From contig CM052816.1 in NCBI GenBank assembly GCA_028534125.1, positions 68,760,001 to 68,824,000 on the forward strand: a stretch of DNA of 64,000 nucleotides, given 5' to 3'. Both the position numbers and the translations under genes were made by a program. The notes beneath the pieces are model-generated. The model had not been told where the DNA came from. It saw nothing but the letters and a program-made list of their open reading frames with translations, and made no database searches. Numbering within the stretch: the stretch's first letter is position 1; the number at the start of each line of letters is the position of its first letter. Shown here one piece after another: positions 11,471 to 24,871 of the stretch. The stretch is from Lama glama (Eukaryota).

Positions 11471-13719
11471 GAGTGCACATGTTTTAAGGGCAGTTTTGCC
11501 CACAATAGGCTCATCTGGTTCTTGAACAAAAAAACATTCTAATTGAGGATAGAAATAACACATTTCTCTATCTGGAAAGAGAGCTCTACCTCCAGCTTTC
11601 TGGCATTCCCAAAAGTGGTTCCCCACAGTTCATGACCTAAATTTGATTTAATCCTCCTATTTAAGTGGTTTTAATGAGTTTGGCCGAAGGTTAGGGTCAT
11701 AAATATACTTTCCTGCAGTTGTTTACCACTTGATCCCAGCTTATGCTGAAACCATTCCCAGGGGGCAGAGACTGTTGCTCACACTGCACCCAGCACAATT
11801 CCTGATCCCTACTAGGGTCTCAGTTAACTATTCATAAAATGAGTAAGTATCAGGTACTAATTCCTAAGTCATTCAGTACTAAAACTGTTCTAAAATGTAA
11901 ACACAGAAATTACTCTTACTAATAAAATGTTACTCCATTATTACTAGCAAAAGTATTTTTCAAAATAAATCTACTGGAAAATCTCTTAGATACTGACGTA
12001 CCCTGTCCCACAGAAGGGTATAAAACTATGGTTACTAACAGGCATTTGAGAAGAGCATGTGGTAGGGGTAGAGAGTGGGAATGCAACACACAATGTTTGC
12101 TTTAAAAACCTGTGGCAGGCAGAAATAGCGTCAACAGTTTCAAGTGACAGTTCGTCATAGAAGCTTTCCTGATGACGTGTGCTTAGTGGATAGCAAATTC
12201 TTCATGCTTTACAAAAACAATATTGTACTCTTCACTGTATGAAGAGTACAATATTGTTTTCGTAAAGAAAGAAATAGTAATGGCCCCTGTCTAGATTACA
12301 GTGGCCCTGCTACATGGATTGGTTAGTAGACTGAAACCCTAGGCTGTAGCCCATACAAATTTATTTCCAACTGTTACTCAAATTTAGTTTGATGGAACTA
12401 AGAAACAATTACATTTTATGACTTTTTTCAGGGTGATAACAGAGGAAATAATTATTTGTATGAAGTCTTCAAAACTCCTCAACTGAATCACAGTATAAAC
12501 TCTTCTCTTACATGAGATAGTCCCTAAACATACAGTGTTACTCATTACAAGGTTAACTAGCCCCAGCTAATGTCTGAAAAATACTTAAAACTACTTCTGA
12601 GGCTCATGACGTGACATGATCAGACACTTGAGCGTAGCACATTAAAAAGTTCCAATCAAAAAGTTCTGCTTGTAAAAATAAAGACACGCTATAACCATGG
12701 GCTAGAGCTTTGGGAACAGTATTTTTCCAATTGTATAAAGCATGTACAGTAACAAGATGAAGAGAGAATGGCTATTCTGAAATGAAAGAACAACATCTTT
12801 CAAAAAAAAAGGGGGTTGGTGGTGAGGAGAGAGTATGCTAGAAAAAGAAAATTCTATCTTAAGTAAATCAAGATTCTCAATGACTTTTTTTGATGTTTAG
12901 TTATATTTTATTTTTATGAGCTAATATATATAGTATATCCCAATTTTAGAAAAAGTATAGCTGATATAATGGCACCATGAAAATTATGCTGAAGTTAGAC
13001 CCAATTTCAAGTTATAGTTATAAAGTGAAGTCCTCAATTTTCAAACTTAGCTTTCTCAGGCAAACTGTGCGTCAAAATAGCCCCACGGAATTGAAAGGAG
13101 GCAAAATACATTTCAGAAATGCTAGTATGTTGTGGAAAACATCAACTCATAGGTAGCAGAAATATAAACTGTCCTCAATTTTAGCAGTTTAGGATTTATC
13201 TTCCATATAGTGATAACTTTTCCATTTAAGCATAAGGAATAAAAAATAATCCACAAAGATAATTTTTCATAAGGCTCCCCAGATCTCCATGTCTATTGCC
13301 CTTTCATTTTTCTTAAAACAAAAACTACTCTCCACTACACACCACTATTGTTTCATGTGGTGTGTTCACCTTCTCAGAGAAGTAGGTATTATATAAATAT
13401 GCGCTATTATATTTAAAAGTCTTAGAATTTAGGGATTGCCTTTGGGCCTCTAAAACACATAAGCCATCAACATCTAGGGTTCCTGTGTGTTAGGCAAAAT
13501 TCACAAACGCGGTGAGGATGTCATGCTTCCCTCTACTCACAGCCTCAACTATAGCTACTCACCATGAATTATTACAGACCTGCTTACCATTCCTACAAGC
13601 ACGAATTTTCAGTGGATGGAGATAGTATGTATAATTTAGGATAGTATTTAAAAGTCTCTGGGTGATCCAAAATTCAAGAATAAAGTATTATAGTTCTTAG
13701 ATGAAGTTATCAACTACCA

Positions 13720-13930
13720 TGTGACCTGCAGTCACAGAGGCCAGAATTCAAATCATAGTGCCATTCTGTACCGCCACGACCTTGGCCAAATTATTTACCT
13801 TTTTAAGTTTAGTCTCCCTGTGTAAAGTGCAAATAATATCTACTCTGATGTGCTATTTTGGTGATTAGATCTAAATTATATAAAATGCTGATTAGCACAA
13901 TGTCTGGAACATAGCAGGTAATAAATAATG
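13720..13930 (+). mobile_element. MIR SINE
   Basis: GACCTTGGCCAAATTATTTACCT...TAGTCTCC...TGTAAAG MIR core, with tail TTAGCACAATGTCTGGAACATAG. Confidence 0.65.
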
Positions 13931-14912
13931 ACCTTCCCAGTAACAGAATAGAGTATTCAGAGGACGATTCTGGGACCATATTAAATAATGATCATTTAAT
14001 GGAGGCTCAGAAATAAACTTCAGGGAAAGGATTAAAACAGCATACCACAATTACAAAATAATATACTGTAAACTACAATATTTAAAACTTTAAAACCCAT
14101 AAAATTCAATGCAGGAAAGGTTCATGGTTGATTCTGTGGCAGAGATGTTTAACCTACGCATCATACAAATCACTGATTCATAAACACAGTAATCTATTAG
14201 TAATAATATCAGGTAAAAAGCCTAATATGGGGTGTGTTAAAAATATAATTCTTCTCAGAACAGACTTACAAGTAATATTTTACATATTCTTATAATAATC
14301 TCTGTGAAGCCCAAGCTCATTAATTTTCATTTTTAAGAAGGGTCAACGTAACCACAATTTACCATTGTAAAAATCTACATAAGCCAATTTCTTTTACAAC
14401 AAATACAGCGTTTCTAAATACGGTCTTCTTTAATTACTGTGAGTAGTATTTACTTCTTATAATTCACTTATGACCGCCCCTTATATACTTCCTTTACTTT
14501 TTCATTAAAAATTTTTTTTTCAGTTGAGTAACTATTATTAGAAATGCAACGAGGGACAGCATTTTCAACTGTGTCATTTTTTAGTGGAATTATATAGTAA
14601 GCCAATAGGTTATTACCAGGAGAATAAAACCAAAAGTAAAAACACCCACACAAACAGGACTTACTAGGATCATCTGTTTATCTGTGATTGCAGACATAGG
14701 CATAAGATTATAAACTGTTAAAATGAGCAGACTGTGTTTATTAAATAATACAAAGGGTTTATGGAGATTATTTTTGATCTACATAAGCAGAAGACTCCCT
14801 TTTATGACCAAAAACTGAAAATAAGATCTCATTCTTGTTCAGTGAATCAATGCCATCCTAAGTAGATTTCTCTTATCAGAAAAAAACGCATGCATACAAA
14901 ATTTAACCATAC

Positions 14913-15075
14913 CTTCAAAAACATCCGTCATTTTGCAGATATGGGCAAATGTAGCTCCAGTCGCCCAAGTATATACCACATCCATTAAGTGAGGTTTAAA
15001 TGAGCTCAGGTAAGTCTCCTCATCAATTTCCAATTTGGCTTCTGCTGAAACTTTTGCTATTCTTTTAGCACATTC
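14913..15075 (-). CDS. MTREX: MTREX exon 25 (163 nt)
   Basis: AG/GT bounded. Encodes ECAKRIAKVSAEAKLEIDEETYLSSFKPHLMDVVYTWATGATFAHICKMTDVFE(G). Confidence 0.97.
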
Positions 15076-16086
15076 CTTTGAAGATAAAAGATACACTTAA
15101 AATGTCTTACTTATGATCTCTCTTACCACTTTTTCTTTAGGTTTCCAAAGTCAGCATTCTACAAGGTTCCTTTTTCTTCCTAGGTAATAAGCCCACAATT
15201 TGGATATTCTGCTTCTAAGTAGCCACAGTGCCTGTTAACACTGCTAAGGGATCAAACAGCAAAGCTTTCCCACTATGTTAAAGTCCTTAAGAAAAACATC
15301 AAGAGCAAGACCTTCTACAAAAACCAGAACTCTTCATTAAAACTATTCAAGAGTAACATTTAATAATCTCTAATTGTTTCATTAGCAAAATAAAGATAAC
15401 AATAACAAAACAGAGAAACATAAATCTTATGGGCAAAAAGATGCTATTTCCCCAAATATACTTTTAAAAATGTAAATCTCAGTATTTTCTTTTCCCTACA
15501 ATGAGAATTTAGATTCATTCTTTACTCCTCGGTAATCTAAAAGGTCAAAAATTCCTAGAGCAATAAAGATTCCCCTGGTTCTGGAAGTTTAAATTTCTTA
15601 TAAAGACACCAATTCATTACTATGAGCTACTGTGGCTCTGAGGACCCAGAAATAAATCATTTCTTAGTCTAAAACAGATTTTAAAACCTGATTTTAAAAT
15701 TTGTTGTAAGGTAGGATGAAAAAATGTACAAAAAAATAAGCTAACTAAAACCTAGCCCATCTAGATGCCATTCATAGCACCAAGGAAAATGATGCAGGCA
15801 CTGAATTGTTAGTATGGCCTATCTACATACGCAATGCTAAATCTGCATTCACAGATACTCACTCTATACAATTTATCATATTCGTGGGGGAAAATGTTTA
15901 ATTTTTAAAATAAAAATTAGAAATGATGTTATCAAAATAGCATTAAATGACAAGACTAACATCAAATGACATATTTAATCCTGAAGGAAGCTGTCTCTGT
16001 GGAATGATAAATACTATGATTAGACTGTCAAAAACGTTTATTTCACAATATACTATTCACAAAATATGTAGTTCAAAAAACCTTAC

Positions 16087-16143
16087 CTGCATTTGACGAA
16101 GTGGTCCGGCTAACTGCTCTGTTAATTTTGGCATCTCACTAGA
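16087..16143 (-). CDS. MTREX: MTREX exon 24 (57 nt)
   Basis: CAG acceptor and GTAAGG donor. Encodes SSEMPKLTEQLAGPLRQMQ. Confidence 0.95.
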
Positions 16144-16782
16144 CTGTAAAAGAAAACAGAGTAGATGTAAAAACCCAAATTTAAAATGCAGTATTTCCCA
16201 CCTGCTTTAACAAAAACAAAGCTTTCATGATATCCATTAATTTCAAATTATAAGACCTCAGTCATTAGCATTTGGTGTTTCCAATCAACTTCTAGGTTAT
16301 GTAAGCAAAATTATCATTCCTCTCATCCTGAATTATATTATGCTCTTATATTTCAGAGGAAAAGATTCCACTTCTAAATTTGTAAAGTGTGCTATTTTCT
16401 GTCCCCATAAATGGAACTGAAGGAGAGCAAATACTGTAAACATGCACAGTAGTTTAGTTACATCAACATTTATAAACTGTTGTATCACTGTTTGATTTTT
16501 GAAAGTTTTGGCTTCTAGGCAATTCTCAATCTGTAGAAACTGAAAATCTGGGATAAAGAACATTATAAATAATGCCCTCAATTTTAATTTTACTCAGCTC
16601 TTTCTAGCTCTCTAACTACTTTTAAGACAGTTAAAAGTTTAGCATGAGTTTTAGTATTCTTAATATTGTCTTCCCAATAGTGAAAAGTCCATCAACTTCT
16701 CAATTAGAATAATAGGAGTTTCAGGTCTATTACTAACTTGTCATATGAACTTAGACTAGCTGCTTGAATTCTGTGTGTTGGG

Positions 16783-16937
16783 TTTTTTTTTTTTTAAGGT
16801 TTAAAACATTTTTTTTCTAATTTTTTTTTGAGGGGGAGGATTACGTTTATTTATTTATTTTAATGGAGGTAATGGGGAATGAACCCAGGACCGTGAATGC
16901 TAAGCATGCACTCTACCACTAAGCTGTACGCTTTCCC
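16783..16937 (-). mobile_element. tRNA-derived SINE (camelid Vic-like)
   Basis: Minus strand reads GGGAAAGCGTACAGCTTAGTGGTAGAGTGCATGCTTAGCAT...CCTGGGTTCATTCCCC (A- and B-box-like), then (TAAA)n and poly(A). TGTTGG occurs on both flanks. Confidence 0.8.
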
Positions 16938-19287
16938 TGTTGGCTTCTTAAGCTGTCAAAGAGAAACAATAAGCTCAGATCCTCAAAACCTATTGGATTG
17001 TGATTAGAATAAAGACATTATTAAGGGGCAAATTTTGACAAAGGTAGACTTATTATACAAAAATAAAATTATTATAAAAAAGGTAATGTACGTATCCATG
17101 TGTGAAACATGATTTAAATTATATGTAAATTCAAAAAAGCAATTACAGATTAGTTCCAATAGATCTGCCTTTATATTAAGCATCAGTATACAGTATACTG
17201 GACTTCGTTTTGATATGTAACATGAATATATACATATACATATGTATATAATGTAATAAATCATGAACCAGGTTATTATTCCTGTTAAAACAAACAAAAA
17301 ATTGTGATGAATCAGAAAAAAGCAAAATGGCCAGAATGAACTCAACATCTCAGTTTAAAAGTGAAAAGAACACAAGACTGTAAATATCTTTGATACTGAG
17401 TCCGTTCATGGTCAACAGCAACCCCATCCCCTTGGTGATTTCCATCTGCCTCCTCTGCTTTACTTTTCTCCAAAACCCTCTTTCCTTTTTACATAATATA
17501 TGTATACTTTATTTCTTTATTGTTTATCTTCATCCACTAGAATATAAGTATCATGAAAGCAAAAATTTTTGTTGTCTCTCTAGTGCCTAGATCTCTGCAT
17601 TGCACAGTGGGTGGTTAATAAGTACTTATAAGTACCTGATATTTATATTATAAAGACTACATATAATCTTTAAATTACTCTGAATAATACAAATGATATA
17701 AAAATGTGGGGGCACAGTTTTAGAAGCAACATATTTTTAAACAGAAGTTACATATCAAGCAGACCATATATTATTTATAATAAGTATCTTACTCTATTTA
17801 CCTTTCTTTCTGAATAGAAAGCATATTTTTAAAAGTATTAACAAAATATCCAATTTGATGTTGAAAGGCACCACCATAAGAATTGATGACACCACATATA
17901 ACACAGTATGGCTTCACTGAACAAATCTTAACTACATATAGTGACATCTTGGCCCAAGACTTAAGAATTGTGGCCCAACACCTGTGAGGAGGTAACATAT
18001 TTGGCCTCTCAGAAGACAGGATTTTTGTAGTGCGACATTAAAAAAGAAAGAAAGAGCACAATATAAGCAATTAGCCACAAGACAAAGTCTGACACAGGCA
18101 GAAGACCACCAAACTCCAAATAATCTCTAAATCTTAGATTTGTTCAAAGAAAATTGACAAACATTCTTAACAATTATCTTGGAAAATGATACAATAAAAT
18201 TTCAAACCTAAGGCAAACAATAGCCAAACAAAACATCCTGTAAAGAAATGCATTCCTCATGTGCAAATTAAGTTACTTCATAGGTGCATAATAGGCATTC
18301 TCAAGAGCAGAAATCGTTTTTGGATTACTATGCTATTTGTTAATCATTGTCACTATAGTTATAAATCTAATCTGTAATCAGAGAGCTGAGAGGAAAATAC
18401 CTACCTACTTCAAGAAGTTACATATTTTATATGGTTAAAAATAAGGAAATAGTTAACAAGTAAACAGATCAATGGCAGAACTGAAAAAAACAATTTGTCT
18501 TACAATTTACTACTTAAAAGTTTAACTAAATGTAAAAGGTTCTCTAAAAATTTAGATAGCAACATTAAATTATTTTTAGAAGGTAAATGTCCTTGTCTTA
18601 CTATTTTGTCTGTTGCATGCACAATGAATATAGTTTTAACTTTGAAATGTGAAATATGCATTTTACTTTCTAAAACAAATCATACTACCTTTTGGAATAA
18701 ACAATGATTAGTGTTCTTATGGTTTTCGATCCAGCACTTCATTTTTTGATTTCTCAAGAGCTGTTAAAAATCAACTACTCACATGAAAAAAATGCTAAAC
18801 CAACAATGAGAATTTTATGGCTATTACCTCAAATCTTAGCTATGAAAACTAAGACTTCAGCCTCTAGCTGGATCAGCTGCTTCACAGTTATTCTTCAAGA
18901 GTGGGAGGAGGGATAGTACTTCAAAATTTCATTCCCCATACATTTTTACTAGTTTTTCCCGATTTTACCTTTTCTTTTTCTTTCTAGGACTGATTAGGCT
19001 ACACCTTCAAATAATACATTGGGTTATAGAGCAAATTTATAACTTGGAAGCTGATTAATGATGACTGTCTACAAATAGAGTTCTATTTTACTCTCTCTTT
19101 TGATAATATGCATTTAATTATTTCTCTCTTACTATATATTCGTGTTAAAGTTATACTGATTTCTAATTAACATTACTCATGTAAATATAAAGTATATTTT
19201 ATCATTAAAAATATCCACAGTAATACTAAATTATAGGGTTGTAAATTAATTTCTTAAAATAAGATGTGCTAAAATCTATTAACTCAC

Positions 19288-19393
19288 ATTCTCTTGAAAC
19301 ACAAAGCAGCTTAGTAGTGCTGTTGCCTGTTCTGCAGATAGGTCATTGAAAAGGCCATTAAACATCATCTCAGTTAGAAGAAGTTCATCAGCA
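19288..19393 (-). CDS. MTREX: MTREX exon 23 (106 nt)
   Basis: TAG acceptor and GTGAGT donor. Encodes (S)[35 protein letters not shown]. Confidence 0.96.
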
Positions 19394-22164
19394 CTATACC
19401 GCCATACGCAAAAAAAAAAAAAAAAAAAAAAAAGAGAATAAATTCCAAATGTCAGAATACAAAAACACACATATGTACCCACACAACCTTAAGATGTAGT
19501 TTTAAATAAAATATGTTATTTGGCTATGAGGAGTGACAAAGATTTACTGAGGAAATGGCAGGTCTTTATACTTACCAATATATAAATAATAAATGCAAAA
19601 TGGGTGTTTCATATAAAAAGTAAACGTCAAAATGTGCATATTCACTGCAATAAAGAACCATTTCTTAACTCTTAGAATACAGAAAAAAAGTCACTACTAT
19701 TATTCAGGCCCAAGGACCTTTTTGACTGTTTTCAATTCTAAGTTATTTCATAAATAATTAAAAAAACAAAGACAATGAAAAACTTTATTAGAATCTTAAT
19801 TAGAATGTACCCATAGCAGACACATATTTTATCGTTTCCCAGTGTTGAGAATGTAACAAATTGCTGCTCAACTGTCATTCATGAATCTGGACTATATCCA
19901 CCTAGTAAATACAATTCATTATTTCAAACATTTCTCTAATAGGTACTAGCTCATCATTACTTCTGTTTCTTCTTGCACTTACATTGTTGAAACATACTAT
20001 TGACTCCAGATTTTAAATATATCTTTTAGGTTTTAGCTTATTATTATTTTTAGTTCTTCTTTTGCATCATCTAAATAAAATATTTTAAAAGACTTGACAA
20101 GTCATAATTTCACTGAAGAAAGGCCATCTTCTTTGCTCTATTATTGTACAGCATTTTCACATCCAGACTTATATTATAAAGATAACAGATTTATATTACA
20201 AAGATAAGTGATCAATCCAATAAATTATTCTCATCTTTTTATCATCAGTTTATCAGTTTCCTTGTACTTACAACTATCTTCAGTATTTGACTACCTAAGA
20301 ACTGTATCAAGGAAATGTTAGCACACCAATCATAAAAGATGAAAAATACAGTCACAAGTCCTTTTTGGAAAAATGGGATGGTCCAAGTTCTTATCAGAAA
20401 ACATTACGTAACTGAAGTCTCTCCTGTCGAACATAAAGGAGAGTAAAGCTAACAAAAACTTAGAATTTTCTTCCTGATCTTAGAAACAGATTATCCACTC
20501 ACTGATTGAGTTGAGAATTTACCTAGGACCTGAGATTTTGCTTATATGATCAATCTCATCATTATCACCTTGCCTAGAGTGCTTTTTGTCTCTGTGTTAA
20601 TTCTCTGATTTGTGTAATAATTGCAAAATATCTTTTTCTGTTATTTTTACCTTTACCATCATGGGGTAGAAAAAAAATTCTGAATTCTCAACTGTGTTCA
20701 ATGAAAGCTAAAAAAGACTACAAAGATGGTGTCTTTAGAACAAAATCAAGGTTCCATATAGCATCTTACATTTATATAAAGGTTTAATGGATCCATCCAT
20801 TCAGTAACTGTTAAGGACATTACTCTAAAAAAAAAAACAAATGACAAACTTTCTATTTTGGGGAGGAACTCTAAAAAAGAATAAAGCCACGAACTATCAA
20901 ACTTTACAAACAGTTATAACTATTCAAAAATAAAGTAAAAAACAAAATTTAGGTTCCTAATGCAAAACTGACAGTTAAATCAAGCCAAAAGGACAAAAAT
21001 ACAAATAAGACAAGACTACTTCTACAGTCTAATGTGTGAGGCAGACAAGAAAGACAATAATCACAGGACAGCAATTTAACAGAGATTTACATAGGCAACT
21101 ATAAAAAAATGTTGAGAGGTCTAAAATCAAATTGAAGAAGCTAAAACCAAGTTTTGGAAGATCTCAAAAAAAAATACAGGAAAGGGGAGTGAAGGAAAGG
21201 TCATGCTAAATGAAAGAAACACCATGTGCAGACAAAAAACAGGCTAGAGAGGGAAGGGCAAGAATATACTAAATTATGGAATTTATTCTAAAAGCAATAC
21301 AAAAATCATTGAGAGACTTTTATCTAAAGAGTAACACGGTGGGATTTGTGCTTTGGAAAGAATATTCTGAAAGTAAGAGTATAAAAGATGGGTTGTAGAG
21401 ACTTAAGACAAGAGTCAACGAATAGTCAGGAGGGCTACTGCAATACTTCAGACAATAAACATTAGTCAGTGGGAACAGTTAAAACAGCATGGAGGTAGGA
21501 GAAAACAATCAGGAAGATGTGGGAAGACAGTAGGAAGAGAGAGAAGGAGTTGAAGATGACTCTCCAGTTTTTGCCTTCAGTGGCAGGGTCTTATTTATTC
21601 AGCAAGACCGACAAGAGGGAGAGGCAAATTGGGGTGAAAGGTAACATACTTTGATATGTATTCTTGTTCCCTCTCTCCCTAAATATTCTATTTCAGGATA
21701 AAATCAGTATCTTTTCTTCCAAGGCTAAATCTAGCTGCAGACATCTGAGAGAAATTAATTTCTTTATTAATTACTAAATACTACATAATATCACAAAGAA
21801 ATAATTTCAGTAACATTAACTTTGGCATACAAATCAGCAGACCAGTGTTGTGGTCTAGATTTAATCCTGGATAAATTATTAACTTTACAGTGCCTAGGTG
21901 TCTTTAATTACAAAGTAGGAAAGCTTAATTTTATCACAGGTTGAAGGAAAACTTCAAGCCTGTGGGCCAAGTCTAACTGAAGAAATGTTTCATTTGGCTT
22001 GCACAGTGACTTAAAAAAACAAAACAAAACTGGAGTTAGCTTGTGAAAATTTAAAAATCAAGAGACTGCATCTAAAATTCTGGATTTGGGGCTTTTTTAA
22101 GTTGAAAAATCTGATATCACATTATTCTGTAATAACTGACTGGTAATGGGTAGTCACTGACCCC

Positions 22165-22580
22165 TTTTTGGTGGCCAAGAATTGTCCTGTTTGCCACAGA
22201 ATTGTGGCCCCTTCAGACATCTGAATTCATACCTAAACTGTATGAACAACAAGAACAGTATGAATAAGCCTTCTTCAGGAATGTCCAAAATCATATACAA
22301 GGTTTGTAATTCTCTGGCCCCATCTACTAGGGCCATGGTGAGAACATAAAAAGCTGTTTCAAAATGTCTTTTATGGACTCACTGAGAATATTCATGACCA
22401 CAGCAAAACACTTATCTTCAGGATGATGGCAATCACATAGGACCCTGAGCCAGACCATCCAATGGGCCATTCCAGAATTTCTGACCCACAGAAACCACCA
22501 GGGAGAATGAAATAACTGTTGTTTTTTTAAGTTATATAGTTTTAAGGTCACTTGTAAGTGGCAAAGATTATCAAAATAGA
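22165..22580 (+). mobile_element. MaLR (MLT1-like) solo LTR, degraded
   Basis: 3' part GACCCTGAGCCAG...TTTCTGACCCACAGAAAC...TGTTGTTTTTTAAG...AGTTTTAAGGT resembles an MLT1 3' end. The 5' boundary is uncertain. Confidence 0.55.
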
Positions 22581-23041
22581 CAATAACTTATATCCAATTG
22601 ACAGTAGCTAATATCCAGTTTTAAACTGAGGTCTGTAACATGCTATACTATAATACTCTAGTCCAAAACTTTACATAAAAAAGGGTAATGATTATTAGAT
22701 TAAGTTTCAAGGTGGGAAAACATTCCTAATTGCTAAAAAAAAGTATATAAAATCATGTATAAAACTAAGATTACAATCATGTAAAAATTTCATAATGCAT
22801 TAAAATAAAGAGGAAATATATGTAAATGCTAATGGTGTTTGTGTTAATTAGTCAGATCCAAGAGATTTTTATTCTCCCTTTTTAAATTTTCAACTTCATG
22901 GTCAAAACCTGTATTTAACATGAGAGGTACTATACAAACTTTCTATTTTTAAGACAGCTCTTCTGCCAAAAGATCAATAGCCCTCTTTAAAAAAAACAGT
23001 TCCCATTTGAAAGTCAGTTTTCCAGAACAATCAAGTTTTAC

Positions 23042-23205
23042 CTGCTTATCTCACAAGCCACTCGTCCTTTCATCTCTATGACATCAGAAGATGTAGCAAA
23101 TCCCAACCTCCTTAAAACACGTTTGCGACATTTGAGCTCATCCATTTGTAAGACAGTTCTTGCTTTCTTTAGTTCTCGCTTTGCAGATTTAATATCTATA
23201 GCAAT
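23042..23205 (-). CDS. MTREX: MTREX exon 22 (164 nt)
   Basis: AG/GT bounded. Encodes [54 protein letters not shown](S). Confidence 0.97.
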
Positions 23206-24129
23206 CTAAGGCATATAAAAATATAAAGGAAGTTCAATAATAAAGCAAACAAAATGAGATTTAGTCACGAAACGAAACAAACTATTACACTGGGGGGCGG
23301 TGAAGGGGAATATAGGAGCTTCTTAGATACTGTCCCAGGATATTACACAAGAGGAATGATGTATCTGAGGTTATTAAATATCAGCAAAAATGTTAACTAT
23401 ATGGGAAATATAAAATATCCATTTCAAAAACACGAGGCAGAGCAGGGAGATTTAGGAGTTGTTAAAAGCTTAAGAAGTTGGGCATAGAGCATGACTCTTG
23501 CTTAAATGAGGAGGGTAAGGAGGAAGGTCTAGAAGGAGGGGACTGAGGTGGTTGGCCATAAGCTAAATGAGGTAACCTGCAGGAACCAGAAAGTCAGTGC
23601 GAATTAGGATAGGGTCTCCCACGACAGGATGCATAAGATACCCATACTCCTAAAGTAGCAATCACATCAGCTCCAGCTTCTCATCCTTAGGGAATCAGGG
23701 GGTAACTTAGACAACAGGGAAAGAAAGATGAGAGTATATGAAGCTTGTCTCTTGACTACTTCTATTTTCCCCATGATTCCTGATGCCCTGAAAAGTATTC
23801 CTTCTATTTGCCCCGGATGGAAATGGATTTAGCAGAGAGAATAGGTCTTTATTCTATAGACAGAGATAAAACTTAAAGGGAAAATCAATTTTGAGGTCAT
23901 CCTTTAGAGTGGATGAGATTTAAAATTCCGTTAATCTGTAAACATTACATACTTTTCAACTGTGACAGAGGATGACAGTGTAAGAGCAAGAAAATACTGG
24001 GATCCTGAAGTGGAGGCCTGAAGTTCAGAGAAACATTGACAAAGAAGTTCAGGATTAAGTTGAAATTCTGACTCTGGAATTCTGTAGATAATTTATTAAG
24101 CTTCAGTTGAGGAGTAGAAATGATAAAGG

Positions 24130-24400
24130 CAACGACAGTAGTCAGTAACTGGCATTTATTGATAGCTAACGATGTACCGTATTTCCAGTGCTTAACATTA
24201 TTTCATTTAATTCTTACAACAATCATAAGAGGTAAGTAACTAAAATTAAATCTGCATTTTACAGATGAGAAAACAGAGAGAGAGAGAGATTACTAAGTAA
24301 ACTGGTCAAGCTAGTGACAAAGCTAGTGAGTGATAAAGATGGGGTTCAAAAAGGCTGTCAGAATCTAGACTCTAAACTCTTGGCAGTTATTTATATTGCT
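24130..24400 (-). mobile_element. MIR SINE
   Basis: TCATTTAATTCTTACAACAA...CATTTTACAGATGAGAAAACAGAG is an antisense MIR core. Confidence 0.7.
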
Positions 24401-24654
24401 ATGAACAGATGTGCTGTCATAACACTATGAGGCTAAGAAGCAGCACTTCCTATGTTACTTCCTAGGTAACTCTATGCTACTACCTAGCCTGACTTATCAG
24501 GGCTATCAGAAGAAAAAATGTTTCCTAAAGTTTCTTTGATTGAGTATACCAATAATATGAGCAGAACAGAAGACTGTGCTAAGTACTCAGAGGTATATAA
24601 TGCCTACTAAGCTGGTAGAAAAGAGTCTACTATTTAGGATTTTTATCTAAATAA

Positions 24655-24817
24655 GTTTTATATTGATTACATGTTGAAATATATTTTGGATATATTGAGT
24701 TAAATAAAAATCTTATTAAAATGAATTTCATCTGTTTCTTTTCACTTAGAAAAATGTGACTACTAAAGAATTTAAAATTACTTAAGTAGCTTGTATTATA
24801 TTTCTATCGGACAATGC
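24655..24817. mobile_element. hAT-Charlie MER33/MER3-like fragment
   Basis: TATATTGATTACATGTTGAAAT...TTTAAAATTAC...ATTATATTTCTATCGGACAATGC. Confidence 0.6.
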
Positions 24818-24833
24818 TATTCTGCATCTTTTT

Positions 24834-24871
24834 TTTTTATTGATTCATAATCATTTTACAGTGTTGTGTCA
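24834..24871 (-). mobile_element. Extremely 5'-truncated L1 3' end with 16-bp target-site duplication
   Basis: TATTCTGCATCTTTTT at 24818-24833 and 24872-24887 flanks 38 nt similar to the L1 tails at about 47200 and 52390. Confidence 0.8.

Noticed and set aside
16870..16937. tRNA gene
   Set aside because: The cloverleaf is degenerate and is followed by a SINE tail and poly(A), so it is a SINE head.
20164..20207. 22-nt tandem duplication, with similar ones near 39172-39208 and 63511-63568
   Set aside because: These are ordinary slippage duplications in deep intron or L1 sequence with no sign of function, and they are not CRISPR-like.
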